A stretch of DNA of 30,214 nt from a virus (Duplodnaviria; Caudoviricetes): positions 1 to 30,214 of IMG/VR virus record IMGVR_UViG_3300016484_000158. One strand, 5' to 3'. Positions 1 to 7,792 of the stretch are shown one piece after another (position 1 is the first letter of the stretch; each line of letters begins with the position of its first letter). A program made the translations under genes and the position numbers. The notes beneath the pieces were generated by a model, which did no database searches, was not told the origin of the DNA, and saw nothing but the letters and a program-made list of their open reading frames with translations.

Positions 1-17
1 TTTTTTGTTTGTCTAAC
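1..17. repeat. Terminal overlap (circular assembly), identical to 30198-30214
   Basis: TTTTTTGTTTGTCTAAC occurs at both 1-17 and 30198-30214, and a minus-strand ORF reads through the join. Confidence 0.9.
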
Positions 18-505
18 TTTTTGTTTTCAGCAGTTAAATTGTTAATTTCTTCACTCAACAATTCGGTTTTCTGTTGATAAGCTCCAACCGTTTCTTGTAA
101 GTTGTTCGTCTTTTCGTCTTTGATGTTTATTTGTTCCTGCAAATTGTCAATTACAAGCGAATCAGCTTCAATAACGCTATCGCAAGCGACTACCAAAGTG
201 CGTACATCAACAATAGTAACAGTATCTCGAACAACAATAGAATCACGAGTTCTTTGATAGGTGGTTTTGGCTGTAAGTTGAGCGTCTTCATAACGTCTGT
301 ATGTTCCGTATAAATCAATTTCTTCTTGAAGCAAACGGTCGTATTCGCCCGTATTATAATAAATAATGCTATCTTGTTTTTGTATTTGTACTTGCGTTTC
401 AATCTTCGGATTGAATTTCCAAAAAGCTAAACAAATAAATATCCAAAAAATTGAAGTTGCAATAACTACAATAAGCGCGTCGGGTTGGTATTCTCTTTTG
501 TCCAT
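1..505 (-). CDS. Membrane-anchored coiled-coil protein, spanin-like; continues across the origin (missed by ORF track)
   Basis: ATG at 505 opens MDKREYQPDALIVVIATSIFWIFICLAFW (TM segment), followed by a heptad-rich region (DNLQEQINIKDEKTNNLQETV...EEINNLTAENKKLDKQKK) with no stop before position 1. It is the last gene of the lysis block. Confidence 0.7.
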   Translation of the reverse strand, partial: MDKREYQPDALIVVIATSIFWIFICLAFWKFNPKIETQVQIQKQDSIIYYNTGEYDRLLQEEIDLYGTYRRYEDAQLTAKTTYQRTRDSIVVRDTVTIVDVRTLVVACDSVIEADSLVIDNLQEQINIKDEKTNNLQETVGAYQQKTELLSEEINNLTAENKKLDKQK

Positions 506-511
506 TGTGCG

Positions 512-625
512 TTAGATTAAATCGTTACCGTTATAGTCTGAGTGTTCCTTCGACATTTTGTCGATTCCTTTAATCCACAATACGCCAAGAAGCGCTGTGC
601 AAATGAAAATAATTGCGATTGTCAT
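512..625 (-). CDS. 37-aa single-TM peptide
   Basis: MTIAIIFICTALLGVLWIKGIDKMSKEHSDYNGNDLI. ATG at 625 follows an A-rich leader (AAACCTAAAAAATCAATT). Confidence 0.65.
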   Translation of the reverse strand: MTIAIIFICTALLGVLWIKGIDKMSKEHSDYNGNDLI

Positions 626-641
626 AATTGATTTTTTAGGT

Positions 642-1640
642 TTATAAAATTTGACCTTCGTGTATTCGAAGATTCTTGACGCTAAAGTAACCATTTTTTC
701 CCAATTCCACAATAGCAAAACCGTGATTATATTTTGAATATGGATTGTAGTCTGGAGACAACTCGCTCAAACAACCAACACCCCAACAGGTTATAAACTT
801 TCCATTCGCGTCGCGTTCGTTGTGTTCCGCTGTTTGGTGGTGATGTCCGCACAATGAAGAAACTTTCGTCTTTAAGAACAAGCCACGCGCCACGTTTACT
901 GAAGGAAGGAATTGTTTTCCGAACTCGTGTCCGTGAAAGATTGAAAGTTTACCAATATTTAGCTTGCTCTTTCCGTCAATCCACGTTATATTGTGTTTAT
1001 CTAAATGACACAAAGAAGCGAAGTCGAAAGCGTCAATGTCGAATAATTCAGGCGCTTTAATTCGCATATATCTCCAATATCTTTCTTCGTGGTTTCCTTC
1101 TTTATAATAGATATGAGCTGAAGGAAATTGTTTTCGTAACGTGTCAACGAATTGACGCATTGCGTATAACTCATCTTTGAATTTACGTTTGCGTGGATCT
1201 TTGACAAAGTCTGAAATCATGTGGCAGTCTAACGCGTCGCCATTTAAAATAACCGCGTCACACCCTTGACGAATACCTTCATTAATTGCAACGCTCAACG
1301 CTTCATTATCTTGATAAGGAATGTGAATATCGGACAGGATTAAAAACTTTGAACCTTTCAACTCGACGTGTTTACGTTTCTTCGCATACGACTTCGGAAG
1401 TGCGTAAGGGTTGGAAGGTCTTTGTTTAGTGTCTATCAATTCTTTTTGTGTATTAAATTTACGACTTTTTTCACCCATCTTACCACGAACGCGACGAACG
1501 TAATTCCTAGCGTGTTCTTGTGTTAAAAACGCTTCTGGATATTCGGAGAATAGTTTAGTCGCCAAAGAATGAGACGGCGCTTCGGGAAACTTACTGCAAA
1601 TTTCCGCTGCTATTTTCCGAGCTTCCGTTTGTCTTGCCAT
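642..1640 (-). CDS. Calcineurin-like metallophosphoesterase with N-terminal helical extension
   Basis: Motifs SDIH, NGDALD, GNHE, HGH and GHHH. Likely start is MARQTE at 1640. Confidence 0.9.
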   Translation of the reverse strand: MARQTEARKIAAEICSKFPEAPSHSLATKLFSEYPEAFLTQEHARNYVRRVRGKMGEKSRKFNTQKELIDTKQRPSNPYALPKSYAKKRKHVELKGSKFLILSDIHIPYQDNEALSVAINEGIRQGCDAVILNGDALDCHMISDFVKDPRKRKFKDELYAMRQFVDTLRKQFPSAHIYYKEGNHEERYWRYMRIKAPELFDIDAFDFASLCHLDKHNITWIDGKSKLNIGKLSIFHGHEFGKQFLPSVNVARGLFLKTKVSSLCGHHHQTAEHNERDANGKFITCWGVGCLSELSPDYNPYSKYNHGFAIVELGKNGYFSVKNLRIHEGQIL

Positions 1641-1857
1641 TCTTTGTTTTTTTAGTAAACTTTTCAATTACAGTACCGCCAAACAAACCGCCTGTTAACA
1701 ATGCGAGCGTGTCGAACATTGAAATCGGACAGTCATATTCAGAAAACGTAGCAATGTAACTCAAAAGAATTAAGTTAATTACAACAAATATAGCAATAAT
1801 ACGCTTGCTCGAAACCTTCGAACAATTACTTAACAAACTTTGAAACCATTCTTTCAT
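1591..1857 (-). CDS. Putative holin (2 TM)
   Basis: Two hydrophobic segments and a basic C-terminus, in the lysis block next to the endolysin. Confidence 0.6.
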   Translation of the reverse strand: MKEWFQSLLSNCSKVSSKRIIAIFVVINLILLSYIATFSEYDCPISMFDTLALLTGGLFGGTVIEKFTKKTKNGKTNGSSENSSGNLQ

Positions 1858-2102
1858 ATCATTTTTAAAATTAGTTGAACAATTAAACCGCCTATTATAC
1901 CAGCAGCCGTTGCAATACCGCCTAAACGAGCGACCTGCAAGCGTTGGTTATTTATGTACTTATCGTGTTTTTGAACCTTGCTCACAAGACCTTCAATCTT
2001 CATTTCGTCGTCACCGATTAAGACGTGATAGATGCGGTCAATTTTTTTATTCAACTCCTGCAGTTCTTCGTGTATCAAGGCTATCTCTTTTTCAGTGTTC
2101 AT
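1854..2102 (-). CDS. Coiled-coil plus C-terminal TM lysis-cassette protein (holin/antiholin-like)
   Basis: N-terminal heptads and C-terminal LGGIATAAGIIGGLIVQLIL; ATGA-coupled to the endolysin. Confidence 0.55.
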   Translation of the reverse strand: MNTEKEIALIHEELQELNKKIDRIYHVLIGDDEMKIEGLVSKVQKHDKYINNQRLQVARLGGIATAAGIIGGLIVQLILKMI

Positions 2103-2542
2103 TTGAAGTATAATTGTATTTCTGCTTCACGTCTATTTACTAAACCTTTTAATACTTTACCCCCACCCTTGTTCCAAAGTCTAAAAGAATCTGCAATGGA
2201 AGCGTCTAACGGGTTAACATTTAATTTTCTTAAAACAGAGGACTTCTTGAACCCACCCGTTCCGATATTATACGCAAGTGAAACACACGCACTAAATTGG
2301 TTTTCGTTAAGTGGTTGTTTTATCATTGCACGAATTGAATCCGCGAATTGCTCAACGATAAACTTCGCCAGTTCGTCAGCGCGTTGTTGTGTTATTACGT
2401 CGCCTTCTTTGACCTTCGTCCCGTCCTCGTAAAACGTGTTTCCAAAACCAATAGTCCACACACCAGCAGGGCATAGATAAGCCTTCAATCGACAACCTTC
2501 AAAGCGCTTCAATAGCGCGTAACCTTCCGCATTAACTTTCAT
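2099..2542 (-). CDS. Endolysin, GH24 phage lysozyme
   Basis: FEGCRLKAYLCPAGVWTIGFG (E-x8-C-x5-T triad), NQFSACVSLAYNIG and GLVNRREAE. Confidence 0.95.
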   Translation of the reverse strand: MKVNAEGYALLKRFEGCRLKAYLCPAGVWTIGFGNTFYEDGTKVKEGDVITQQRADELAKFIVEQFADSIRAMIKQPLNENQFSACVSLAYNIGTGGFKKSSVLRKLNVNPLDASIADSFRLWNKGGGKVLKGLVNRREAEIQLYFK

Positions 2543-2648
2543 TGACTAAACGTTTAATTTGTTTCTCTTTTTTCAAAAGGTACTTACGAAACTTTTCTTC
2601 GTATACCTTCTGTTTTACCATATCCTTTTTGCGCCCTGCTTTCGCCAT
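2532..2648 (-). CDS. 38-aa basic hypothetical protein (missed by ORF track)
   Basis: MAKAGRKKDMVKQKVYEEKFRKYLLKKEKQIKRLVNES. It fills the gap between adaptor and endolysin and has an A-rich leader. Confidence 0.6.
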   Translation of the reverse strand: MAKAGRKKDMVKQKVYEEKFRKYLLKKEKQIKRLVNES

Positions 2649-2662
2649 TTGTTTTGTTTTAG

Positions 2663-3235
2663 TTATCTAATCCAACCAAGACCTTGTCTTTTGTATGTAT
2701 AAGAACGTCTGTCGCGTCCGTCGCTAATCTCAAAAGCGTTAGACGGATATACGTTTGTTTGCGACCATATCTGTTGAGTGTCATTCGTCGTGTACTCTGG
2801 GAAGTCTGACTGATTGAAACACAAATAATCAACCATACGTTGAGTGTAGAACATTGCTTTTGAACGCGATTGATCGCGGTAGTTTTGCAAGTCGGTTTGA
2901 GTGATAGGTGTAGTGTCTTCGCTTGTACGAATAACAAGACTTCCGTTGTCGGTTTTAACGTACAAATGAGGTAACATTTCGTACAAAGACCACCACATTA
3001 TCATTCGACGCAAGTAAGTGTCAAGAAGTTCCTCGTATGCGCCTGCAATTGTATTATTAACAACGTCTTCTTTAATCTTGTTGTAAAGGTCAGTACCTAA
3101 ATACAACTGAGCGTATTCGTCTTGTGCAAGATAGATAGCAGGGTACATCAAAAGCGGGTCAACGCTTCCGTTAATCCAACTGTATTTCTTTATGTAATTT
3201 TCGTCAATGAGTAGAACTTCGGGTTGTAGTGCCAT
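2663..3235 (-). CDS. Putative head-tail adaptor/connector
   Basis: Helical 190-aa protein directly after the portal, with a LYLGTDLYNKI motif typical of Bacteroidota phage connector proteins. Confidence 0.6.
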   Translation of the reverse strand: MALQPEVLLIDENYIKKYSWINGSVDPLLMYPAIYLAQDEYAQLYLGTDLYNKIKEDVVNNTIAGAYEELLDTYLRRMIMWWSLYEMLPHLYVKTDNGSLVIRTSEDTTPITQTDLQNYRDQSRSKAMFYTQRMVDYLCFNQSDFPEYTTNDTQQIWSQTNVYPSNAFEISDGRDRRSYTYKRQGLGWIR

Positions 3236-3238
3236 TTT

Positions 3239-4945
3239 TTATGAGTATTTAAGTGAACCTCTTGTTGGTGTATCTATTGGTGCAATGCCTTCTTCGCCTT
3301 TTGGCTTAACGTATGGGTTATTTCCAACACGCTTGTCATTTTCAAGACCTTTGTTCGGAAGTATGCGTCCGTTTGTATCTCTTTTGCGAATATAAATTTG
3401 ACGCTTCCAAACGTGATGACAGAAACAACCGCCTTTCCAAATAAACAAATCGTAAGAACTTTGTCCTTCTGGAGCGAATGATTTATTTACTCCTGCCTTG
3501 CTCATTTTTTGAATGTCTTCGTAGCGAAAGATTGCGCCTAATTGAGACATTTGAACCATTTCTCTACAAAACTCACGGCTATTTGCGCTTAAATTCTGTG
3601 AGTAAGCGTAACGCAATTTGTAAAGTCCTGTATCACCCCACTCGCTTTTCTTTTCTCCTTGAGCGTCGCTCATTGAAGGCATCTTGTTACGCTTCGCAAA
3701 GAACTCGCTTGTGTATTGCAATTCTTTTTCGGGTTCGGTTACATCTTCTTCACTTACTAACTGCCATTCGTCTAAATCGATATATTCCGCTTTTTCTTTT
3801 AGTACATCAATCCAAGTACGACCTTCTTCATCTGAAAAGTCATTGTCAGCATTCGCAACTACTTTTTTTTTTAATTCAGCAGTTTGAACGGTTGGCTCAA
3901 CAACAACAGTAACGTCGTCAAAAACGTTATTCATTTCAATCTTTAAATCACTTCCAAGAATAGGCGCGAAAGTGTTTGTTATGATTCGTTGGTAAGGCTT
4001 AATAACTTGGTTGTTGAATATCTCTAATCCTACAAGCATTTCGTCTTTGTTCGAACCGAAGCCGTTAGATTCTCTAATTCCGTGAATCAATGGCGACACA
4101 ACGCGGTGTCCAACCATAATTTGCTTCGCTGTTTCTTCGCTTAAAAACTGATATTGCTTGTCAGCATCTGAAAGAGGAAACGCTTGTATGTCGGGTGTTC
4201 TTGCAGGGTCTTCATTGAAAGTCATTAAGAACTTTCCCGCGTTACTTGCACCGCTCAATCTTTCTTCCCACTCACGACGAATAGCTTCACGTTCTTCTTT
4301 CTGCGGTATTCCGTTTAAAAAGTTTATAATGAATGAAGGAAATAATCCGTTCAAGATATTGTTAACGTGATACATTCCCATTTGATGCGAAAGCTCGATA
4401 TAATTCAACGCTCCGAAATAGTCGGGTTTAGGATAGTAAGAACTTCCCGCCATCATTCCGTGAGCGTAAATAACTTGACGCGGTTGTTCTTGCGCCATTG
4501 AAGGATTGAACGCAGGAATAAACTCGGGTTTTCCTTTCTTCGAACGTGAGTTCTTCCAGTCGCGAGAATACCAAACACCCGTGATTTCTTCCTCTTCTTT
4601 GTCGTAAGCAAGACGACAATTCTCAAAAGGCAAATGGTTGATTTTAACAACGCGAGTAAAGTCCATAGACCAAATAACCTCTGCAACAAAAGCACCTTGC
4701 AATTTTAAGTCAAAAGAAATGCCTTGTAAAGCATTGTCGAGAATCGTTCCCGTACCTTGTCCCTCAATCATAAACGCAATCGAGTTAGTCAACGCGTTGT
4801 GAATTGGTGAATTGTAGTATAGGTTGATTAAGTATTGCGGATATAGGTTGTTATCTCCGTAATCAATCCACCCTTGACGATTTTCTTTCTCAATCGCCTC
4901 TGTTGGAATGTATCGGCTTAACGCTATTTGTTGAATGTTGCTCAT
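3239..4945 (-). CDS. Portal protein with C-terminal extra Cys/His domain
   Basis: WIDYGDNNLYPQYL, SPIHNA, YYPKPDY, NGLFPS and GASNAGK portal motifs. The C-terminal ~200 aa carry SREFC...KGGCFCHHVW. Confidence 0.85.
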   Translation of the reverse strand: MSNIQQIALSRYIPTEAIEKENRQGWIDYGDNNLYPQYLINLYYNSPIHNALTNSIAFMIEGQGTGTILDNALQGISFDLKLQGAFVAEVIWSMDFTRVVKINHLPFENCRLAYDKEEEEITGVWYSRDWKNSRSKKGKPEFIPAFNPSMAQEQPRQVIYAHGMMAGSSYYPKPDYFGALNYIELSHQMGMYHVNNILNGLFPSFIINFLNGIPQKEEREAIRREWEERLSGASNAGKFLMTFNEDPARTPDIQAFPLSDADKQYQFLSEETAKQIMVGHRVVSPLIHGIRESNGFGSNKDEMLVGLEIFNNQVIKPYQRIITNTFAPILGSDLKIEMNNVFDDVTVVVEPTVQTAELKKKVVANADNDFSDEEGRTWIDVLKEKAEYIDLDEWQLVSEEDVTEPEKELQYTSEFFAKRNKMPSMSDAQGEKKSEWGDTGLYKLRYAYSQNLSANSREFCREMVQMSQLGAIFRYEDIQKMSKAGVNKSFAPEGQSSYDLFIWKGGCFCHHVWKRQIYIRKRDTNGRILPNKGLENDKRVGNNPYVKPKGEEGIAPIDTPTRGSLKYS

Positions 4946-4946
4946 T

Positions 4947-5330
4947 TTATGCGCCTGTATATATTACATCGACAGGAATTGTCGGTGTTGAAACGTCAAA
5001 GTATATTGTTCCGTCTTGTAAAATCATCGAACCACGTTCAACCAAACCAACAACGGAAGCATCTGTTGGGTCTAAATTCACCGCGCTGTTTTGTCCGTAC
5101 ACGTCGTACTTGTATTTTCCAGCGTCAGTCAACCCAACTGTTGTCAAACGAATCTTTGTTACTCGTTCGTTTTCTGTGATTACGGTAACGACTTGTGCGA
5201 GTTGTTCGCCTGTCATTTCGTAAGTAAGGATTAAAAGATAGTTCGTAAACGCAACGTTGAAATACTGCCGACCTTCGTCTAACGAAAGCCACGCGTCTTG
5301 ATTCGCTGTGTTGGTGTTCAAATAAACCAT
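4947..5330 (-). CDS. Virion structural protein (beta-rich, possibly head closure/Ig-like)
   Basis: Lies between tail tube and portal; has a GKYKYDVY beta-strand pattern. Confidence 0.5.
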   Translation of the reverse strand: MVYLNTNTANQDAWLSLDEGRQYFNVAFTNYLLILTYEMTGEQLAQVVTVITENERVTKIRLTTVGLTDAGKYKYDVYGQNSAVNLDPTDASVVGLVERGSMILQDGTIYFDVSTPTIPVDVIYTGA

Positions 5331-5361
5331 TCTATCTTTTTATTTGTTGAATAAATTTACA

Positions 5362-5392
5362 GCACAGAGGGGAAATGCTCCCCTCTATGTGT
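5362..5392 (-). terminator. Stem-loop downstream of tail tube gene (processing site or weak terminator)
   Basis: AGAGGGGA/TCCCCTCT stem with no strong U-tract. Confidence 0.55.
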
Positions 5393-5405
5393 AAAAGTTT
5401 TTTGT

Positions 5406-5912
5406 TTAGTCAAGGATTGACAAAGGCGCACCGCTCAATTTATACGCTCTCTTTGGAGTTTCGTGTACAAATGCAAGTGTGTATCCGTTCATATCACCCA
5501 AAGCTGTTCCTGTTGCTGCAGTAGAAGTAGAAAGGTCTGCTCCGTACTCGTAGCCAACAGCCCACCAGTTGTCGTTTGAATCGTTAACGAAAACGATAGG
5601 ACGACCTTGTGCAACTGTTTGCAACTCTAAACGCTTCGCGCTTGATAATTTTTGCAACATTACGTTAACGGTTTGAGTATAGAATACTGTTCCGTTGTCG
5701 CGGTTGAAGTTTATTGTTTCTTCAAAAGAACCTGTTTGCGTTGGTAATTCATAAGTGAACAAGTCACCTGCAACTGGACCAACGATAGCAGTAACGATTT
5801 CGTTTGCGTCCAAAGTCAACGAAGTAACTGTATCGCAAAGAATGATTTTCTTAATCCCACCGATGCCGTCTTTGCAATCGAGTGTAAATCCTGTACTTAA
5901 TTCACAAGCCAT
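5406..5912 (-). CDS. Major tail tube protein
   Basis: MAC-x8-C-x4-GGIKKI start, NGTVFYTQT, and G-x-A-x-GD-x-NGYTL, a pattern typical of Bacteroidota siphophage tail tubes; follows the capsid gene. Confidence 0.7.
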   Translation of the reverse strand: MACELSTGFTLDCKDGIGGIKKIILCDTVTSLTLDANEIVTAIVGPVAGDLFTYELPTQTGSFEETINFNRDNGTVFYTQTVNVMLQKLSSAKRLELQTVAQGRPIVFVNDSNDNWWAVGYEYGADLSTSTAATGTALGDMNGYTLAFVHETPKRAYKLSGAPLSILD

Positions 5913-5930
5913 ATTATTAATTTTTTATTA

Positions 5931-5974
5931 GCACAAAAGAGGGGTGGTTTTTATGCCACCACCTCTCTATGTGC
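5931..5974 (-). terminator. Stem-loop downstream of capsid gene
   Basis: Minus strand reads GCACATAGAGAGGTGGTGG-loop-ACCACCCCTCTTTTGTGC, an extended imperfect stem. Confidence 0.6.
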
Positions 5975-5995
5975 AAGGGTTAGAATGGTTGTTGA

Positions 5996-6892
5996 TTATG
6001 CTTGGTAAAATGCGATTTCGTCACCGAATCCGTATTGTACACCTGCGAAGAATGAACAAGCGAAACGAACGTTGTCAGACAAATCTTTGTCGTACATATC
6101 CAATACAGCTACGCTATTCCATTGGTCTTTCAAGTTAGTACCGAACCAAAGGTTAGACTTTTGGAACATAGCCATTGTATCGTCAGACATTCCAGGGCAC
6201 TCGATAATGTCGTATTGTCCCTGCCAAGTCATCTTAACAGTTTCACCTTGGTACAAGTAGCTTCCACCACCAAGACCAAGAATTGCAGTTCTAAACGCTT
6301 CAGCAACGTTTGAAGATACAGCAATTACAGGCTTTTCAGTAGCACGACGAACCTTTGTAGGTAAAGTCAATACAAGACGAGCCATTTCGTCGATTACGTT
6401 AGTGCTGTCGATAGCAACTGGAGAAGAAACGTCAAGAACAGAAGCGTCAGCCAAGAACAAAGTTTCGAAACCTGCGTACTCACCTGCAGTAGCGTTAACA
6501 CCTTGCCACATAACAACCTCGTTTTTAGCAGCAATTCCTGCCATTACGTTTGCAATGATAGCGTCAGTCAATGAAGCGTGAAGGAAACCGTCTTGTTCTG
6601 CTTTTGATTCCCAATCCGATAAAAACGTATTTTTACACAATTGTCTGTGAACTTGGAACTTCTCTAAAACAAGAATTCTTTCAGTTAAAGTAACTGTTCC
6701 TGTTGGAGTAAAGTCGCAAGTAGCGTTAGCAAAAGTGATGTCGTCAACTAATTTGCGAACAACTTGTTTGTACTCAATGTTCTCTTTGAAAGTAACTGCT
6801 GCAAGAGACTCGTTACTCAAAAACGCAGCGCGGATATATCCTGCTGCTTCTTTACCAGCGTATGTGGTAGTTAATGAAGTGGTAGTAGCCAT
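5996..6892 (-). CDS. Major capsid protein
   Basis: 298 aa, downstream of protease and scaffold; TTTYAG, CDFTPTG, WQG and NLWFGT motifs; followed by a strong hairpin. Confidence 0.8.
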   Translation of the reverse strand: MATTTSLTTTYAGKEAAGYIRAAFLSNESLAAVTFKENIEYKQVVRKLVDDITFANATCDFTPTGTVTLTERILVLEKFQVHRQLCKNTFLSDWESKAEQDGFLHASLTDAIIANVMAGIAAKNEVVMWQGVNATAGEYAGFETLFLADASVLDVSSPVAIDSTNVIDEMARLVLTLPTKVRRATEKPVIAVSSNVAEAFRTAILGLGGGSYLYQGETVKMTWQGQYDIIECPGMSDDTMAMFQKSNLWFGTNLKDQWNSVAVLDMYDKDLSDNVRFACSFFAGVQYGFGDEIAFYQA

Positions 6893-6910
6893 TTTTTATT
6901 TGTGTTTTTT

Positions 6911-7486
6911 TTATTTGTTTAAGTGAAAAAAGAAGCGCTCTTCTGCCGACATTTTAGCGTATGGCTTAGAAGGTGCACTTTGTTTGTTTTGTTTTACTTC
7001 TTTGATAGAAGGAGCAGCAGGTTGTGCGCTCAACTTCTCAACATTTGAAGAAAGTTCTGCGTTTGCTTTTTTCATTTCAGCAAGTTCGCTTTCAAGTTTA
7101 GCAACCAAAGACAAAAGACCTTCAACCTCTGCGTTGAATGTTTCTTCTTTTGTTTCTTCAACAGATTGCTCTGTTTCTTCAACTGTTACTTCAACCTTTG
7201 GAGCTTCTTCTTCCATTGGTTTAATCTCGGTTACAACACCGTCAGCAACAACAACAATAACTGATTCAGCGGTCTTATACTCACCGTCCATAACAGCAAT
7301 CTCGTTGCCTTCTGCGTCTTTGGTGAATACACGAACACCTGCAGCCCATGCGTCGCTATCTGTGTAGATGCTTGTTCCGTCCTCTAAAATCGCCTCAACC
7401 ATTTGCTTCACCTCAACTACTTCTTCAGCAGAAAGGCTAACATTGTGTTTAGCGAATAGAGCGTTTACTTTTTCGCGTAAGTTCAT
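6911..7486 (-). CDS. Capsid scaffolding protein
   Basis: Very acidic, with a LEDGT...DGEY..V.DGVV motif and C-terminal coiled coil. Likely start is MNLREK at 7486. Confidence 0.7.
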   Translation of the reverse strand: MNLREKVNALFAKHNVSLSAEEVVEVKQMVEAILEDGTSIYTDSDAWAAGVRVFTKDAEGNEIAVMDGEYKTAESVIVVVADGVVTEIKPMEEEAPKVEVTVEETEQSVEETKEETFNAEVEGLLSLVAKLESELAEMKKANAELSSNVEKLSAQPAAPSIKEVKQNKQSAPSKPYAKMSAEERFFFHLNK

Positions 7487-7529
7487 ATAAGTGTTTATTA
7501 AATGTTTAGTTCCTAAATAGAAAAGAACG

Positions 7530-7537
7530 TATATTTG
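7530..7537 (+). promoter_or_regulatory. Bacteroidota sigma70 -7 box driving an antisense transcript
   Basis: TATATTTG matches TAnnTTTG and lies 47 nt upstream of a plus-strand terminator stem. Confidence 0.6.
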
Positions 7538-7540
7538 TTT

Positions 7541-7614
7541 CATAATTGATTCTTTTCATAGTTTCTATTTTGATTTTAGGTTTGACGGAGGGAGTGATTA
7601 CCCTCCGTTTTTTT
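7541..7614 (+). ncRNA. Putative ~75-nt trans-acting small RNA complementary to phage translation-initiation regions
   Basis: Promoter, U-rich body and intrinsic terminator; 10-13-nt blocks are complementary to leaders of the genes starting at 625, 22871, 23230, 23903 and 26139. Confidence 0.65.
7585..7614 (+). terminator. Intrinsic terminator oriented against the late operon
   Basis: ACGGAGGG-AGTGATTA-CCCTCCGT followed by TTTTTT on the plus strand. Confidence 0.8.
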
Positions 7615-7789
7615 AACCCAAAGTGTCAAGAATAGCGTTCAATACTTTAATTTCGTCCTCTGTCAATCCGTACGTCTTAAACCCCATTTTACCGCCCTCA
7701 TTCGTTATCTTCGTTAGCGCTAAAAGAAACAGGTTTGCATCGTCGTTGAACAATTCGACTTTAAGAAACCCCCCTGCTTCAATGTTCAT
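7613..7789 (-). CDS. 58-aa hypothetical protein (missed by ORF track)
   Basis: MNIEAGGFLKVELFNDDANLFLLALTKITNEGGKMGFKTYGLTEDEIKVLNAILDTLG; starts 3 nt after the protease stop. Confidence 0.7.
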   Translation of the reverse strand: MNIEAGGFLKVELFNDDANLFLLALTKITNEGGKMGFKTYGLTEDEIKVLNAILDTLG

Positions 7790-7792
7790 TGT

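Noticed and set aside
7487-7543. N-terminal extension of the scaffold (MKQIYVLF...)
   Set aside because: The composition is unlike the acidic scaffold, the segment overlaps promoter-like sequence, and ATG 7486 has its own A-rich leader.
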